A stretch of DNA of 63,740 bases, filler included, from Octopus bimaculoides (Eukaryota), in assembly GCF_001194135.2 (NCBI RefSeq). It is 7 parts of 7 records of this genome, joined end to end, with 100 filler letters (N's around TTAATTAATTAA, not from the genome) between each part and the next. Parts side by side here need not be neighbours in the genome. Positions count along the whole stretch, not along the records: positions 40,032 to 53,798 come from NC_068989.1; positions 53,899 to 56,308 come from NC_069009.1; positions 56,409 to 60,269 come from NC_068986.1; 4 more parts are not named here. The stretch is one strand, 5' to 3'. Below, in pieces: positions 47,108 to 59,229 of this stretch. Position numbers and translations under genes: made by a program. The first letter of the stretch is position 1, and every line of letters starts with the position of its first letter. The notes under the pieces are model-generated. The model was not told the DNA's origin. It made no database searches and saw nothing but the letters and a program-made list of their open reading frames with translations.

Positions 47108-47540
47108 ATCCATCCATCTATCTTCTCTGACCATTATTCTTCTGAGGGTGATGGGAGTAATGTCTTCAGGCACCTCCACTAAAGAGTCCTATCAGAAGCA
47201 GCTACCATTAGACTTTTCGGCTGGATTCCCAAGTACGACCAACTGAGACTACAGATATTATGCAACTCTCACGTTTTTCGTCTACCCATAAGATCTCCTA
47301 CCGGTTGGATCGGTTTGAAGAATTCGTCTTGCGATTCTTTTTTTGCGGCATTCTAATCACGTGTTCGTAGTAGCGGAGCTGTGATTTCTCAATGCAGAGA
47401 AGTAGCAGTGCAGTTCAATCTGAGGAGAGAGCCTGCCCTGCGAGCCAGACAATAAGTCAATTAACGTTACTCCATAGAGCCCTCGAATGAACCCCATTTG
47501 ACTTCTTATAGAGTATTTTGCTCATGTTTTAATTGACAGT
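47108..47540 (-). mobile_element. RTE-type LINE 3' fragment
   Basis: Minus strand IEKSQLRYYEHVIRMPQ (SQLRW.GHV.RMP-like), ending in a (GATG)n-type tail at about 47108-47118. Confidence 0.65.
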
Positions 47541-48633
47541 ATAACTTTAAAATCATAACTGCTCTCTCTGTGCTTCCATAGATCTGTCGTCAGTCGCGAC
47601 AATCTCATTAAAAGCTGACAAAGTGTTTTAAATACTATTACCTCCGTTCCTTCATCCCATCTCCTTTTCTCTCTCTTTTTCACTCTCGCTTTCTCTCTCT
47701 GTATATATATATATATATANNNNNNNNNNNNNNNNNNNNNNNNNNNNNNNNNNNNNNNNNNNNNNNNNNNNNNNNNNNNNNNNNNNNNNNNNNNNNNNNN
47801 NNNNNNNNNNNNNNNNNNNNNNNNNNNNNNNNNNNNNNNNNNNNNNNNNNNNNNNNNNNNNNNNNNNNNNNNNNNNNNNNNNNNNNNNNNNNNNNNNNNN
47901 NNNNNNNNNNNNNNNNNNNNNNNNNNNNNNNNNNNNNNNNNNNNNNNNNNNNNNNNNNNNNNNNNNNNNNNNNNNNNNNNNNNNNNNNNNNNNNNNNNNN
48001 NNNNNNNNNNNNNNNNNNNNNNNNNNNNNNNNNNNNNNNNNNNNNNNNNNNNNNNNNNNNNNNNNNNNNNNNNNNNNNNNNNNNNNNNNNNNNNNNNNNN
48101 NNNNNNNNNNNNNNNNNNNNNNNNNNNNNNNNNNNNNNNNNNNNNNNNNNNNNNNNNNNNNNNNNNNNNNNNNNNNNNNNNNNNNNNNNNNNNNNNNNNN
48201 NNNNNNNNNNNNNNNNNNNNNNNNNNNNNNNNNNNNNNNNNNNNNNNNNNNNNNNNNNNNNNNNNNNNNNNNNNNNNNNNNNNNNNNNNNNNNNNNNNNN
48301 NNNNNNNNNNNNNNNNNNNNNNNNNNNNNNNNNNNNNNNNNNNNNNNNNNNNNNNNNNNNNNNNNNNNNNNNNNNNNNNNNNNNNNNNNNNNNNNNNNNN
48401 NNNNNNNNNNNNNNNNNNNNNNNNNNNNNNNNNNNNNNNNNNNNNNNNNNNNNNNNNNNNNNNNNNNNNNNNNNNNNNNNNNNNNNNNNNNNNNNNNNNN
48501 NNNNNNNNNNNNNNNNNNNNNNNNNNNNNNNNNNNNNNNNNNNNNNNNNNNNNNNNNNNNNNNNNNNNNNNNNNNNNNNNNNNNNNNNNNNNNNNNNNNN
48601 NNNNNNNNNNNNNNNNNNNNNNNNNNNNNNNNN

Positions 48634-48679
<46 letters not shown>

Positions 48680-48830
48680 ATATATATATATATACACATG
48701 CTCACACACACATATATATATGTATACTGCATGTATGTATGCATATATAAAATCTCTACTTATCTATACACCCACACAAGTACGCGTGCACACACGCACA
48801 CATATAAACATTGTGAACGCGCTTTCATAG

Positions 48831-49150
48831 CGTGAAGGCGCGTGGCTTAGTGGTTAGAGTTGCTGCACTTTCGATCTTGTGCTGATGGTTTCGATTCCCG
48901 AACCGGTCGCTCGGTGCGTTGTGTTTTTGAGCAAAATATTCCATTTTACGTCGCTCTGCGACCACTTTGCCGTCTGACGCGTGGTATCCTTGCCCCCTGG
49001 CACTTACTTCACCGGTACTCTGATGCTTGATTTTTTTTATCGAATCCCGAGAGGATGAAAGGCAAAGTTGCTCACAGAAAGACAATATTTGGACGCAGAA
49101 CGTAAAGATCAGGAACTAATACCACAAAGCATTTTCGACTCTCTTAAGAA
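48831..49150. mobile_element. Decayed SINE B-type head (+) joined to a SINE D remnant (-)
   Basis: gtgaaggcgcgtggcttagtggttag..ggtttcgattccc..ttgtgtttttgagcaaaa, then gagaggatgaaaggcaaagt. Confidence 0.55.
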
Positions 49151-49350
49151 TCTGCCAAGGATGAACATGAAAATGATGGCGATTATAAAGATGATGGCTA
49201 TGGTAATGATGATGATGGCGGTGAAGGCGGTGATAATGATATCGTTATTGATAATGACGATGACGATGATGATAATGATGGTAATGTTGGTAATAATGAT
49301 GGTGTTATTGTTGATGATGCTGCTGCTGCTGATGATGATGATGAGGATGA
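49150..49350. repeat. (ATG)n trinucleotide tract
   Basis: Simple repeats read directly. Confidence 0.85.
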
Positions 49351-50444
49351 CTCCTTGAATAATAACCAAAACATATAAATTACAAATGCAAGGACGCATA
49401 TGCATGATAAGCGATCATTATTTGTTCAATGACGGCGTTGTTGATATCGAGGGAATTAAATATAGGAGAATTATAAACACGGATCTGATTACACCCACAA
49501 ACGACGTATTAGTATTAGTATCTTTGTCTGTCTCCCTCTCTCCCTCTCTCTTTGTCTGTCTCCTCCCCCCCTCTCTCTCTATATATATATACAGAAACAT
49601 TCATTTACGTACACATACATACATATACATGTACATACATATCGTTGCTAGTATGCAAAAGTGTCGTAATTCCAAAACGTTGCTTTTTTCAGAAAACGAA
49701 AAAATAGTTTACCATTCCATTTCTTTTTACATCAGCAACAGTTTTAGCAGCTTAACAATAAAACTTTATTGAGTGCATAAAATCGTGACTCCAGGTATGT
49801 ATGATATTTTCAGAAAGAAATATTTTTGCAAAACTGTCGTAAGTGAGACTTACTACACTTTTGGAAAATGCTAATCCGTTGTACTACACTTTAACAATTT
49901 TTATATCTTGGCATCTGAAGCAGTTGGAGATACGACAGTTTGACCAAAAGAACCGGCTATTGCAAACAAAATTAAATATGACAAAACGCATTTGGCCAAA
50001 TTTAGAGGAGGAAGAAAAATAAAACTCTCTGTTATGACGTATTTAAATCAATGACAGTTTTCTGATTAACATAAAATGATATTCCTAATGATTTATGTAA
50101 ACACTGTGTTTTAATTAATTTCACTTCAATTAACTTAATTTAAATTAAATATCTCTCACAGTTTGGTAAAATATATATTTGATGGTGTTTATCGAAACAG
50201 CTGTTGAACACAGAAAATGAAGTATATGTGAAATTTATGCTTGTCCGCTTTTATGCTAAATATGTTACTTTTAGAAATATAATTTTAGCCTATTATGTAT
50301 ATGCATGCAAGTTAGTCCTACGTTGACTTGCTGCAATGTAATAATCCTTTCTGCTCTAGGTTATTGTCTGCGTTCTCTATATGCTGCATTCTCAATTTTT
50401 TCGCGTTTCTTCTGTCATTCAATTTCTTTATTTCGTTATGATAT

Positions 50445-50505
50445 CTAGTATGCGTCTGAAGAATATATGAGTTTTCTCAACATATGAAACTATTAGTAGC
50501 ACTGT
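50445..50505 (+). ncRNA. Minimal type-I hammerhead-ribozyme-like motif (probable Penelope-like terminal-repeat relic)
   Basis: CTGAAGA 50456-50462, stem II 50463-50485, GAAA 50486-50489, 3-bp stem III, GTA triplet 50496-50498; stem I is imperfect; aaataaa follows at about 50518. Confidence 0.4.
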
Positions 50506-50891
50506 ATTGTGACCTTTAAATAAATTACACACACACACACACACATACACACACACACACATACACACACACACACATACACACACACCGTAACATATAT
50601 TTGTCAACTAAATGTGGCCTCCTATACGAGACAGTGCTACTGATCTTTATAGCCCCAGGAAGACATCTCCAGCTGGCTAACAACACACATTCTGTGTCCG
50701 ATTAATATTTGCGAGGAGAGGTGATTGAAACCATCTCTACCCTTACGTGATACACACGGACCCGAGTTTCAGGGTGGTTAACCGTTCTCAGCGTGTGTTA
50801 ATCACCAGCTAGTGATGGAAGCTCATTCCACTCGCAAATTACTATATATTTTTCTAGCATGTATGTATGTATGTATGTATGTATGTATATC

Positions 50892-51020
50892 AGTTACCGT
50901 CAACCAAATCCAGTCGCTTTGGCAGGCTCGTGGGGTATAGTAAAAGATACATGCCCGTGGTACTATGCAGTGGGAATGAACCCAGAACCGAATGGTTAGG
51001 AAACCAACTTTTTACCACAC
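50892..51020 (-). mobile_element. Decayed SINE C segment
   Basis: cagttaccgtcaaccaaatcc..gcagtgggaatgaacccagaacc..ttttaccacacag. Confidence 0.6.
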
Positions 51021-51029
51021 AGTTCGTTT

Positions 51030-51410
51030 TATTTGCGAATTGGCCGCTACTTGAATCTTCATAGGAGTCTGCTATTTGGGACGGATTGGAATGAAGTATC
51101 CGGTCGGAGACTATCTTTCGGAGACATCTTTGATGGTATTCTTGCATTACAAAAATTTTAAGCTGTGAAGCTATTATTCCGTCGGCCACAGAGTCGAGTA
51201 GAGTATGAATTTGAGACGACACTTTTGCATTATTTATTTGTTTAAGTAGAATACATATGTATGGGGCTGATAGCGAGGCTATTGGATACCAGCTGAGAGG
51301 TCAAAGCCTAGTATCCTGAACCATGTACTGATCTTGTGTTTTGTTTGTAATCTGTAAAAGAAGAAAGTGCAGACGATTCTGTGTCACCTTGTTTGACGTC
51401 GTTACAGGAA
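51030..51410 (-). mobile_element. RTE-type LINE RT C-terminal fragment
   Basis: HTLLDSV..LKIFVMQEYHQRCLRKIVSDRI resembles RTE TLLYG.ETW..L..FHQRCLR.I..I.W.DR. Confidence 0.5.
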
Positions 51411-51869
51411 ACCTACTCTGTTGCAAGCGTTCCAGCTAAGTCTCTTTTCAGAGGATAACAATCAGTTTCTCCCCAAAAAAAAGCAACAACAAACCCCCTC
51501 CGCCCCGAAAAAGACGCAGGGCCTAATATGGATCATTTGGAACTGCTTTGACGAACTCATTCAAAGAAAGAAAAAAAAAAAAAGGATGGTGGGACTTGAA
51601 TTGATAACATCAAGGGACGTAGCCAAATTAACAAAGGTTCTTTTTCTTTATTTGGTATTCGACCGTTTCTGACAATCACCGCCCTTAGGCATGTATATAA
51701 CGAGTCGCAGAACGAGCCTCTGCATTACCGTTCGATCTGATAGCAATAACATTTAAATCTCCGTCCTACCACACTCTGTAGTCTTTTTCTTTACTATTTT
51801 GCCTACTGGTTTATACAGGATGTCCACAAAAATACTCCCGATTTCATGACGCTATGTGTGTGTGCGTGT

Positions 51870-51975
51870 GTGTTTTCCCCCACCATCGCTTGACAACCGA
51901 TGTTGGTGTATTTACGTCCCCGTAACTTAGCGGTTCCGCTAAAGGGCCTGATAGAATAAGTACTAGGCTTACAAT
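51870..51975 (+). mobile_element. SINE E segment following (TG)n
   Basis: Matches about 17435-17540. Confidence 0.75.
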
Positions 51976-52650
51976 ATTGTATGCATTTAGTATGAATGCA
52001 AAGTAAGAGAGGCAATACAGTGCCATAATATAATGCCTCGTGGTATCTGTTTCATATCAAGGTGTTCCGAGTTCAAATCCCGCCTAGATAAAAAAAAAAA
52101 TCTAACCTAGGCGGGATTTTTGCGAGTTATTTATAATTCATGTCAGATATAATCACCTACTCTTGCAAATCTTCTTCATCTTATTCTATAGTTTCAGAAA
52201 TATTCTTAACTCTTGAACTGAACGAAAGTTGGAGAAGTCTGTATTGGCAGCTAATCAACGTGAAATCTCGAAATTATTTCAGAAACCATAGGAAAGAAAA
52301 GAATCAAGTTGAATTTGCAACCGAGAAATAACATGTTACGTGTCGTTAGACCTGTGTCATGTGACATCATATACAAGCAAGGCTTTCAGTCCAAAGCTCT
52401 AAAAGTAATAATATACGCGTACATAGAGCTACACGTTGATTTGATATATGATTCTTTTACACAGCTGTAACTGTCGGTTATCATAAGATTTCATTCCCGG
52501 TTTGCCTGTGACACATATTCTGTTGCATGACGCCATTTTACATGATAAATGCGATAAAGCGTAAACTTGATAATGCTTCTTCGGTTGTTTTGTCAGTTAG
52601 ATAGGGATTGTTTATGTGTCTGCTTGTGGGTGAGAGAGAAAGAGAGGGAG

Positions 52651-52700
<50 letters not shown>

Positions 52701-53179
52701 AAAGAGAGAGAGAGAGAGCTAGAGTGTGTGTGTATGTGTATGTGTGTGTGTGTGTGTGTGTGAAAGAGTGAATGAAAGAATGTGTATATGTGAGCGTGCG
52801 CGTGTATGTTTGGTAGTACGTATAGTTTATATAATGAAGGTGAGATATAGAGAGGGCGAGTGAACACTAGCGAAATTAGAAACATGTAGCGATATAGTCA
52901 GATAGGTCTTGATGCGTATGTATGTATTCGTATGCATGTGCACACACACACACACGCACACACACTTGCGCACGCACACACGCACAATATTTTGGAACAA
53001 GAATAGTATTGGCAGTGACTACGAAGTTTCGGCCAGCCAAACCATCATCAAACTGCGCCGAAGCTTCAATCGACAAAATCCCTTCAAGGTGCACCCCACT
53101 CCGTACCGAATCCACTGGCCAAGGACTGAAACAAGTAAATAGAATAAAAAAAACACGAACATTTTAGAGATATATTAGT

Positions 53180-53385
53180 TCCTAATTTTGGCACAAGCCA
53201 GCAATTTTGGGCTCGGGGATAAGTCGATATGATCGACCCCAGAACTCAACCGTTACTTATTTTAACGATCCCGAAAAAAAAAGTCGATCTCGGTGGAATT
53301 TGAAACCGGAACGTAAAGACGAACGAAATACCGCTCAGCATTTTATCCGGTGTGCTAACCAATCTGCTAGCTCGCCGCCTTATTT
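53180..53385 (-). mobile_element. SINE family D copy
   Basis: ctaattttggcacaagccagcaatt..ggaatttgaaaccggaacgtaaagacgaacgaaataccgctcagca..tgctagctcgccgcct. Confidence 0.75.
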
Positions 53386-54101
53386 TTAGAAATATATCAA
53401 CTTAACTTCATGCATCGAGTTTATTTTTTCAGTTTAAATTTTAGTTATATCTAAAAAAAAAAAAGAGAGAAAGAAATACAATAAAAATATATGAAGGTCA
53501 TTTTAAATATTTGCATAACCATGAATATTTTCCATCAGGTTATATAATGAAATTTATTTAAATTAACTATTTATTCTAATACATATTTTGTAACCTTTAT
53601 TCTGAAAGATAATAAAAACGACGATATTTCATCTTAATTATACTATGAACTTTTTTAAAGCGTTTCTAACTAAAATTAATTCTGTTTAAAGATAAAACAA
53701 TTTTTTTTACAGATATTATGCGAAAATAGTTAGACATTCTCCTTCGTATAGCAAGTCTTCTCAATTCTCCCATATAATATCCATCCTTACTGAAATTANN
53801 NNNNNNNNNNNNNNNNNNNNNNNNNNNNNNNNNNNNNNNNNNTTAATTAATTAANNNNNNNNNNNNNNNNNNNNNNNNNNNNNNNNNNNNNNNNNNNNTT
53901 TTTTTTTTTTCGTTGACATTCAGGAAAAATGTTTTGCATTTTACGCTTCTTTTTGCATTTTTGTTTTATAATTTTTTGTTGTTGTTTATTGTTGTTTTTT
54001 TTTTATGGAATATCAGAAGATGCAAAGGGATGGCTTATAATCATATCGTGTGTGTGAGTGGATGTGTGCATGTGTGTGAGTGTGTGTGTGTGTGTCTGTT
54101 T

Positions 54102-54137
<36 letters not shown>

Positions 54138-54356
54138 AATGTGATATTGTAAGAACTGATATCCTTCTCAGGTATCATATGCATAGATATAAATATATAT
54201 ACATCTGTCTATCTCTTTCTCTCTCCATATATATATATATATACATACACAGTTATATACACATTCATACACACACACACATATATATATATATAAACAC
54301 ATATATATAAATGCATATACATAAAGACACACACAGATATATACACACATGCATAC

Positions 54357-54396
<40 letters not shown>

Positions 54397-55042
54397 NNNN
54401 NNNNNNCACATATATATATATACATATATAGACACACACACACACATATGCACATATGTAACTATATATATATTTGTATGTATAAATATCTATATCTATC
54501 TACATGTGTGTGTTTGTGTGTATTTACGTATATACCATTGAACCTATGCTGGAAGGCAAATGTTACCTTCTAGTAAACATATCAACACCCATCTCTTATA
54601 TTCTATGCAATTTGTCAACAACCATCACATCCATAGATAGGCTGGTGTATCGAGTTTGATTCACATTATATATTAATGAATAAAAAAGAAAATACAAAAA
54701 ACATGATTGGTATTTTAAGCTTTATGTAACATACGCATGTTTCTGCAAGCCAAATGTCTCCGTTACGTAAGCCGATTGGATTGCATAAGAGAACAATCAG
54801 CTTACATAATAGCGACCTTCAGCTTGCAGAAGTGCATGTATGTTTTATAAAGCTTAAAATGATCAATTATGTTTTCTCTGTTTCTAATATATGTATGTAA
54901 GTATTTATGTATGTATGCTTGCATGTATGAATGTAAATTAGTAGATATATGTACATAAATGTGTATATATATTTATATATAATTATCTATCTTTATATGA
55001 ATATACATATATGAATGTATACATGTATATATATAATATATA

Positions 55043-55670
55043 TGAGGGGGTACTCAAAAGTAACTGGAAACGTTCTTTGTGGGACAAGCCTGTTATAGCT
55101 CAGGTTTCCGCCGCTAGAAGCCATTTGATTTAACTCTCAGGAATTAGTTTGCCAATCGGTGGCATGATGTGGCGTCGAACTGCCACATGGTGCATATTTG
55201 TTTTCCAGTACTTCTTCCCTGTTCGTCAATTTTTGAGATGGCTGAAACAAAGGAACAGCATGCTTCTAAGAAATTCTGTTTTCTGCCGAGGAAAACAGTA
55301 CCCGAGATAGTTGTCATACTTCAGACATCTTACAAGGCCATTGCCAGGAGCAAAATGCAAGTTTACAAGTGGTTTCCACACGGTAGAGATGGTCACTTTC
55401 TCACTTGAGGACCAACCTCGTTCAGGGCAGCCATTGACCTCCCAATCAAATGAAAACATCATGCATATTCATAAATGGATCTTGGCAGACCATCATCGAA
55501 CAATTGATGAACTTGTTGATATGACTGGCGTGTCCTGGAGCTCCTGCAAACGAATTTTGAGTTAGGAACTGTGAATGAAAAGAGCTGAAGTAAAATTGGT
55601 GCCTAGCTTGCTCACGGAAGATCAAATGCAATCATGAGTGAATGCATGTCATGAACTGAACGAAAAGCTG
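55043..55670 (+). mobile_element. Mariner 5' half: left TIR + decayed transposase N-terminus
   Basis: TA|tgagggggtactcaaaagt TIR; ATG at 55238, MAETKEQHASKKFCF..QVYKWF..SLEDQPRSGQPLTS..ENIMHIHKWILADHHRTIDEL..GVSWSSCKRILS..KLVPSLLTEDQ. Confidence 0.9.
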
Positions 55671-55994
55671 CATATTTGCTCTGCAGTGCTTCTCTATTTT
55701 TTTTTTTTTTCCGTTCTTGTTTTTGTATACATTCATTGCTTTCTTCCCAGGAGTGTAATGATCTTAGCTTAGTTTTTCCTTGGGGCTGGCCAGATTAGAG
55801 CAATCTCGAGTATAACCAGCCGAAATTGCAAAGATAATCTGGAACTCGACTGAGGAAAGAAAACTCCGAATGATCCCTCCTTGTTTTCTTTCTATCGTCT
55901 CTCTGGATATTTTGTTGTCCCTTTTTTGTACCACCTAACTGTCTGGATGTTTTGCGTTCTTGTCCCATGTTGTATTTTTTATATATAATAACTG

Positions 55995-56190
55995 CCCCAA
56001 CTCTTTGAAACGCCAGTGTTAGAATGGTGGCAGCTGATGAAGGAAATGTTCTCTATGTGCCTGTGTGTTTTCTGTACTCTGTTTATCATTTTGTCTACGT
56101 TTTGTTTGCAATGTCCTGTACCCAGATATGCATCTATATATACAGGTAGATGTAAGTACGTACATACATGTACGTATATATGCATATACT
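55995..56190 (+). repeat. Dispersed ~200-bp repeat (second copy of 13970-14170)
   Basis: Direct comparison of the two copies. Confidence 0.8.
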
Positions 56191-56196
56191 CATTTA

Positions 56197-56234
<38 letters not shown>

Positions 56235-57064
56235 AATGAATGACAGAAGATGGAATATACAAGAATTTATTATTAATTATGACAATTGCTTTGACATATG
56301 TAGCACTGNNNNNNNNNNNNNNNNNNNNNNNNNNNNNNNNNNNNNNNNNNNNTTAATTAATTAANNNNNNNNNNNNNNNNNNNNNNNNNNNNNNNNNNNN
56401 NNNNNNNNAAACTAAGCGTTTCGAAGAGTTAGGGCAGGACGCATTGTTAGAATAGTTCTTCTTGCGGAAACAAATTAAATTAAGTTAAATTAGATTTGTA
56501 ATACGGAGGAATTAAGTGGCAAACAGAAAGCACGACAGGAAAACGAAACAGTGAAAATAAACACGAAGGGCTGTAGGCCAGACGTGGAAAAAATATCTGT
56601 ATACTGAACGCTGTGATGTGACGAACTTGAGGGGAAGAGAGAAGAAAGTTCGTGCTAGCTTGCCAGTGGCCAAGAGAAGAAAGAAAGCACTAGCCGGTCA
56701 CATGTGAACAGCGAGAGGTAAGGAAAAAGAGTGGTAGAGAGAGAAAAAAAAGGGGGGGAAGTTGAACATAGGTGAGCAACGAGAGACAGGGAGGAAGAGA
56801 GAGAGACGAAAATAGTAGTGAAGGGGAGAGGCGAAGAACAACAGAAGGAAGAACGAGAGGGGGAGAAAGATACAAAGATAGATAGAGTCACGTCAGAAAA
56901 TAAAGTTAAAACTTACTTGCAAAAAGGACGCGTGTGTTCGATCATATAATGATAATACAAAAATATGTGAGTATATGCATATATACGTAAATGTATGTAC
57001 ATACCTAAATCTACATGTATATATAGATGCATATATATACATATACATCTATATAAATATACAT

Positions 57065-57084
57065 ATAGATCTATATATATATAC

Positions 57085-57183
<99 letters not shown>

Positions 57184-57185
57184 TA
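57065..57185. repeat. Long (TA)n microsatellite
   Basis: Simple repeat read directly. Confidence 0.95.
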
Positions 57186-57204
57186 TATAAATACATATAT
57201 ACAT

Positions 57205-57372
57205 ATAGGTGCAGGAGTTGCTGTGTGGTAAGTAGCTTGCTTACCAACCACATGGTTCCGGGTTCAGTCCCACCGCATGGCACCTTGGGCATGTGCTTGC
57301 TACTATAGCCTCGGGCCGACCAAAGCCTTGTGAGTGGATTTGGTAGACGGAAACTGAAAGAAGCCTGTCGTA
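57205..57372 (+). mobile_element. SINE C segment, well preserved
   Basis: ataggtgcaggagttgctgtgtggtaag..gggttcagtccc (A/B boxes)..accttgggca..gaaagaagcctgtcgta. Confidence 0.85.
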
Positions 57373-57376
57373 TATA

Positions 57377-57911
57377 TGGTTGATCTGGAAGACCTGCCAC
57401 GAGCGTCACCTCTGGAAATGTGGAGAAAATTCATCAGCTTGTGTATGAGGTTCGTCAGAGGACAATCAACGACGTTTTGAATAGTTTGAGGGAGGGTATT
57501 GGGCGAAATCGACCAGATCTGTGGAGCACGAAGAACTGGATTCTTCACGACAGCGATGCACCCTGTTATTGAGCTCTCCACACTCGTGTTTCTCGCCAAA
57601 AACATGGTATAGCTTCTGCACCCACCCGATTCGCCAAATTTAACACCTGCAGACTTTCTCTTCCTCAAGATGAAGAAGCCATTTAAATGTCACCGTTTTA
57701 ACACCGTTGTCGAGATCAAGAGCAAATTGTAGAAGGTTCTCGACTCGCTTACGGAATATGGGTTCCAGGCCGGTTTCCAGTGGCAGGAACGCTGGGACCG
57801 CTGTACTGCTGTGCAAGGGAACTATTTCGTAGGAGTTGATATTAAATCTTAGTTAAATAAGTTATTTTTTATTAAACATAACAAGTCCGGGAATGTTTTG
57901 ATGCCACCTCG
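57377..57911 (+). mobile_element. Internally deleted mariner with right TIR
   Basis: ENVEKIHQLVYEVRQRTINDV joined to LNSLREGIGRNRPDLWSTKNWILHD.DAP..HPPDSPNLTPADF.FLKMK..WQERWDRC..QGNYF; ends ttttgatgccacctcg|TA. Confidence 0.9.
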
Positions 57912-58104
57912 TATATAGTTCTTATATCGAGTCCCAGTAATTGCTTTCTATTTTATTTTATAACTATCGAATGACAAAAACAACGTGCACTCGAACATGG
58001 TTATGTCACTGAATATTGCAGGATATTTTTGTCCGACGCACATCTGATTCTGCCAATCCACCATCTTCGTCTCCTCAGTAGAATTAATAATTATAATAAT
58101 GATA

Positions 58105-58205
58105 ATAATCCTTTCTACTATAAATACAAGGCCTGAAATTTTAGAGGAGGAAGACAGTCGATTACATCGACCCCAGTACTCATCTGGTACTTATTTCATC
58201 GATCC
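58105..58205 (-). mobile_element. SINE family D 3' part
   Basis: ataatcctttctactataaatacaaggcctgaaatt..gtcgattacatcgaccccagtact..ctggtacttatttcatcga. Confidence 0.75.
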
Positions 58206-58214
58206 CTAAAGAGG

Positions 58215-59220
58215 AATGTTTCCCACTGAAGCCAGCTTTAGTCCCAGCCCTCTCTACGATGTATCGCATAAGATGGACGTTGCCGTGGATAGACCTTCAC
58301 AAGTTTGTGCCTCTCCGACCAGATTACCAACGACAAGCGCCAACCTTTTCACTAACAACTTGGCCAAAATTTTAAACTGTGTTTAGCAGAGTTATGGGCC
58401 GAAAATTCCCTAGCACATTCCCATTGTCGGCGTCCTTTCTCAGCAGTGTTACTTCACGACGGCCAACACTATTAGGAATTCTCTCGATCTGCTGCAAGTT
58501 ACTGTAGACATCTGCAAAGAGGCTGCCAAACAAATCTGGCATGAAAACATAGAATTCGTACGGTAGACCATCCAAACCGGGCGAGGCTGTAATCGGCTTT
58601 TCGCAGAATCTCGCGTCCGTCACCGAGAGTCGTGGTAAGCTGTCTAAGCACGAAGTAAAGTTCGCTACCGTCGTTGACCCATCACCCTCCCCTAACAGCC
58701 GCGCAAAATACTGCTGGAAAGCCGCACATTTATGCTCAGACCCGAGGAGCACGCGTCCGCTCCGATCCGTCAAAAACTTGATCGTTTCCACGTCGCGTCT
58801 CCACCTTTCAAGCCCTTCGTGTTTTAGCACACAGGCCTTAGCTCTGACAACGCACGCTTCGTGTTTCGCCTCAAAGACAGGGCCATTCTCGCCGCTAATA
58901 CGTCGGTCGCGATGCTTTTACTAATAGCCTCTTCTAGTTTGCTAGCTAGTTCTCTCTCTAATCTATTTCTTTCTATTGCTAAATTTTTCCTAAACGTTAT
59001 CTATTCTACTCTAATCGCTCTCTTCAGAGCGATCCACCACCGGTTGTAGACGATAGACCCCCGTCAACTGCCGCTTAACTAGTTCACTAATCCGGTTCCT
59101 GTAGTCTTTGCGAGGCAGTAAGTACGCATTCAACTTCCAGTAACCGGGTCCCTGTCTACAGGTCCTATCTAAATCGACTGAGCATATCACAAATTTGTGA
59201 TCTGTGTAGCTGACCAATTT
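58215..59220 (-). mobile_element. Tx1/L1-clade LINE ORF2 fragment (AP endonuclease end + RT start)
   Basis: VSYTDHKFV..RQGPGYWKLN; SPGLDGLPYEFY; NFRPITLLNT..KILAKLLVKRL..LVGEAQTC. Confidence 0.9.
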
Positions 59221-59229
59221 AAATTGTGG

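Noticed and set aside
49770-50130. Possible mariner left end (tattgagtgcataaaatcgtg)
   Set aside because: No partner TIR or transposase motif found.
52876-53150. Minus-strand exon candidate with a strong polypyrimidine acceptor (PWPVDSVRSGVHLEGILSIEASAQF)
   Set aside because: The acceptor is the reverse complement of the SINE E tail (gactgaaacaagtaaa.agaataaaa); no donor or homology.
56005-56050. GAAAC ... CTGATGA as a hammerhead
   Set aside because: Stem II does not close and there is no room for the UH triplet plus stem I in this order.
55043-57911. One mariner split by insertions (left TIR at 55043, right TIR at 57911)
   Set aside because: The TIRs differ, both parts contain the same HTH segment, and a scaffold spacer lies between them.
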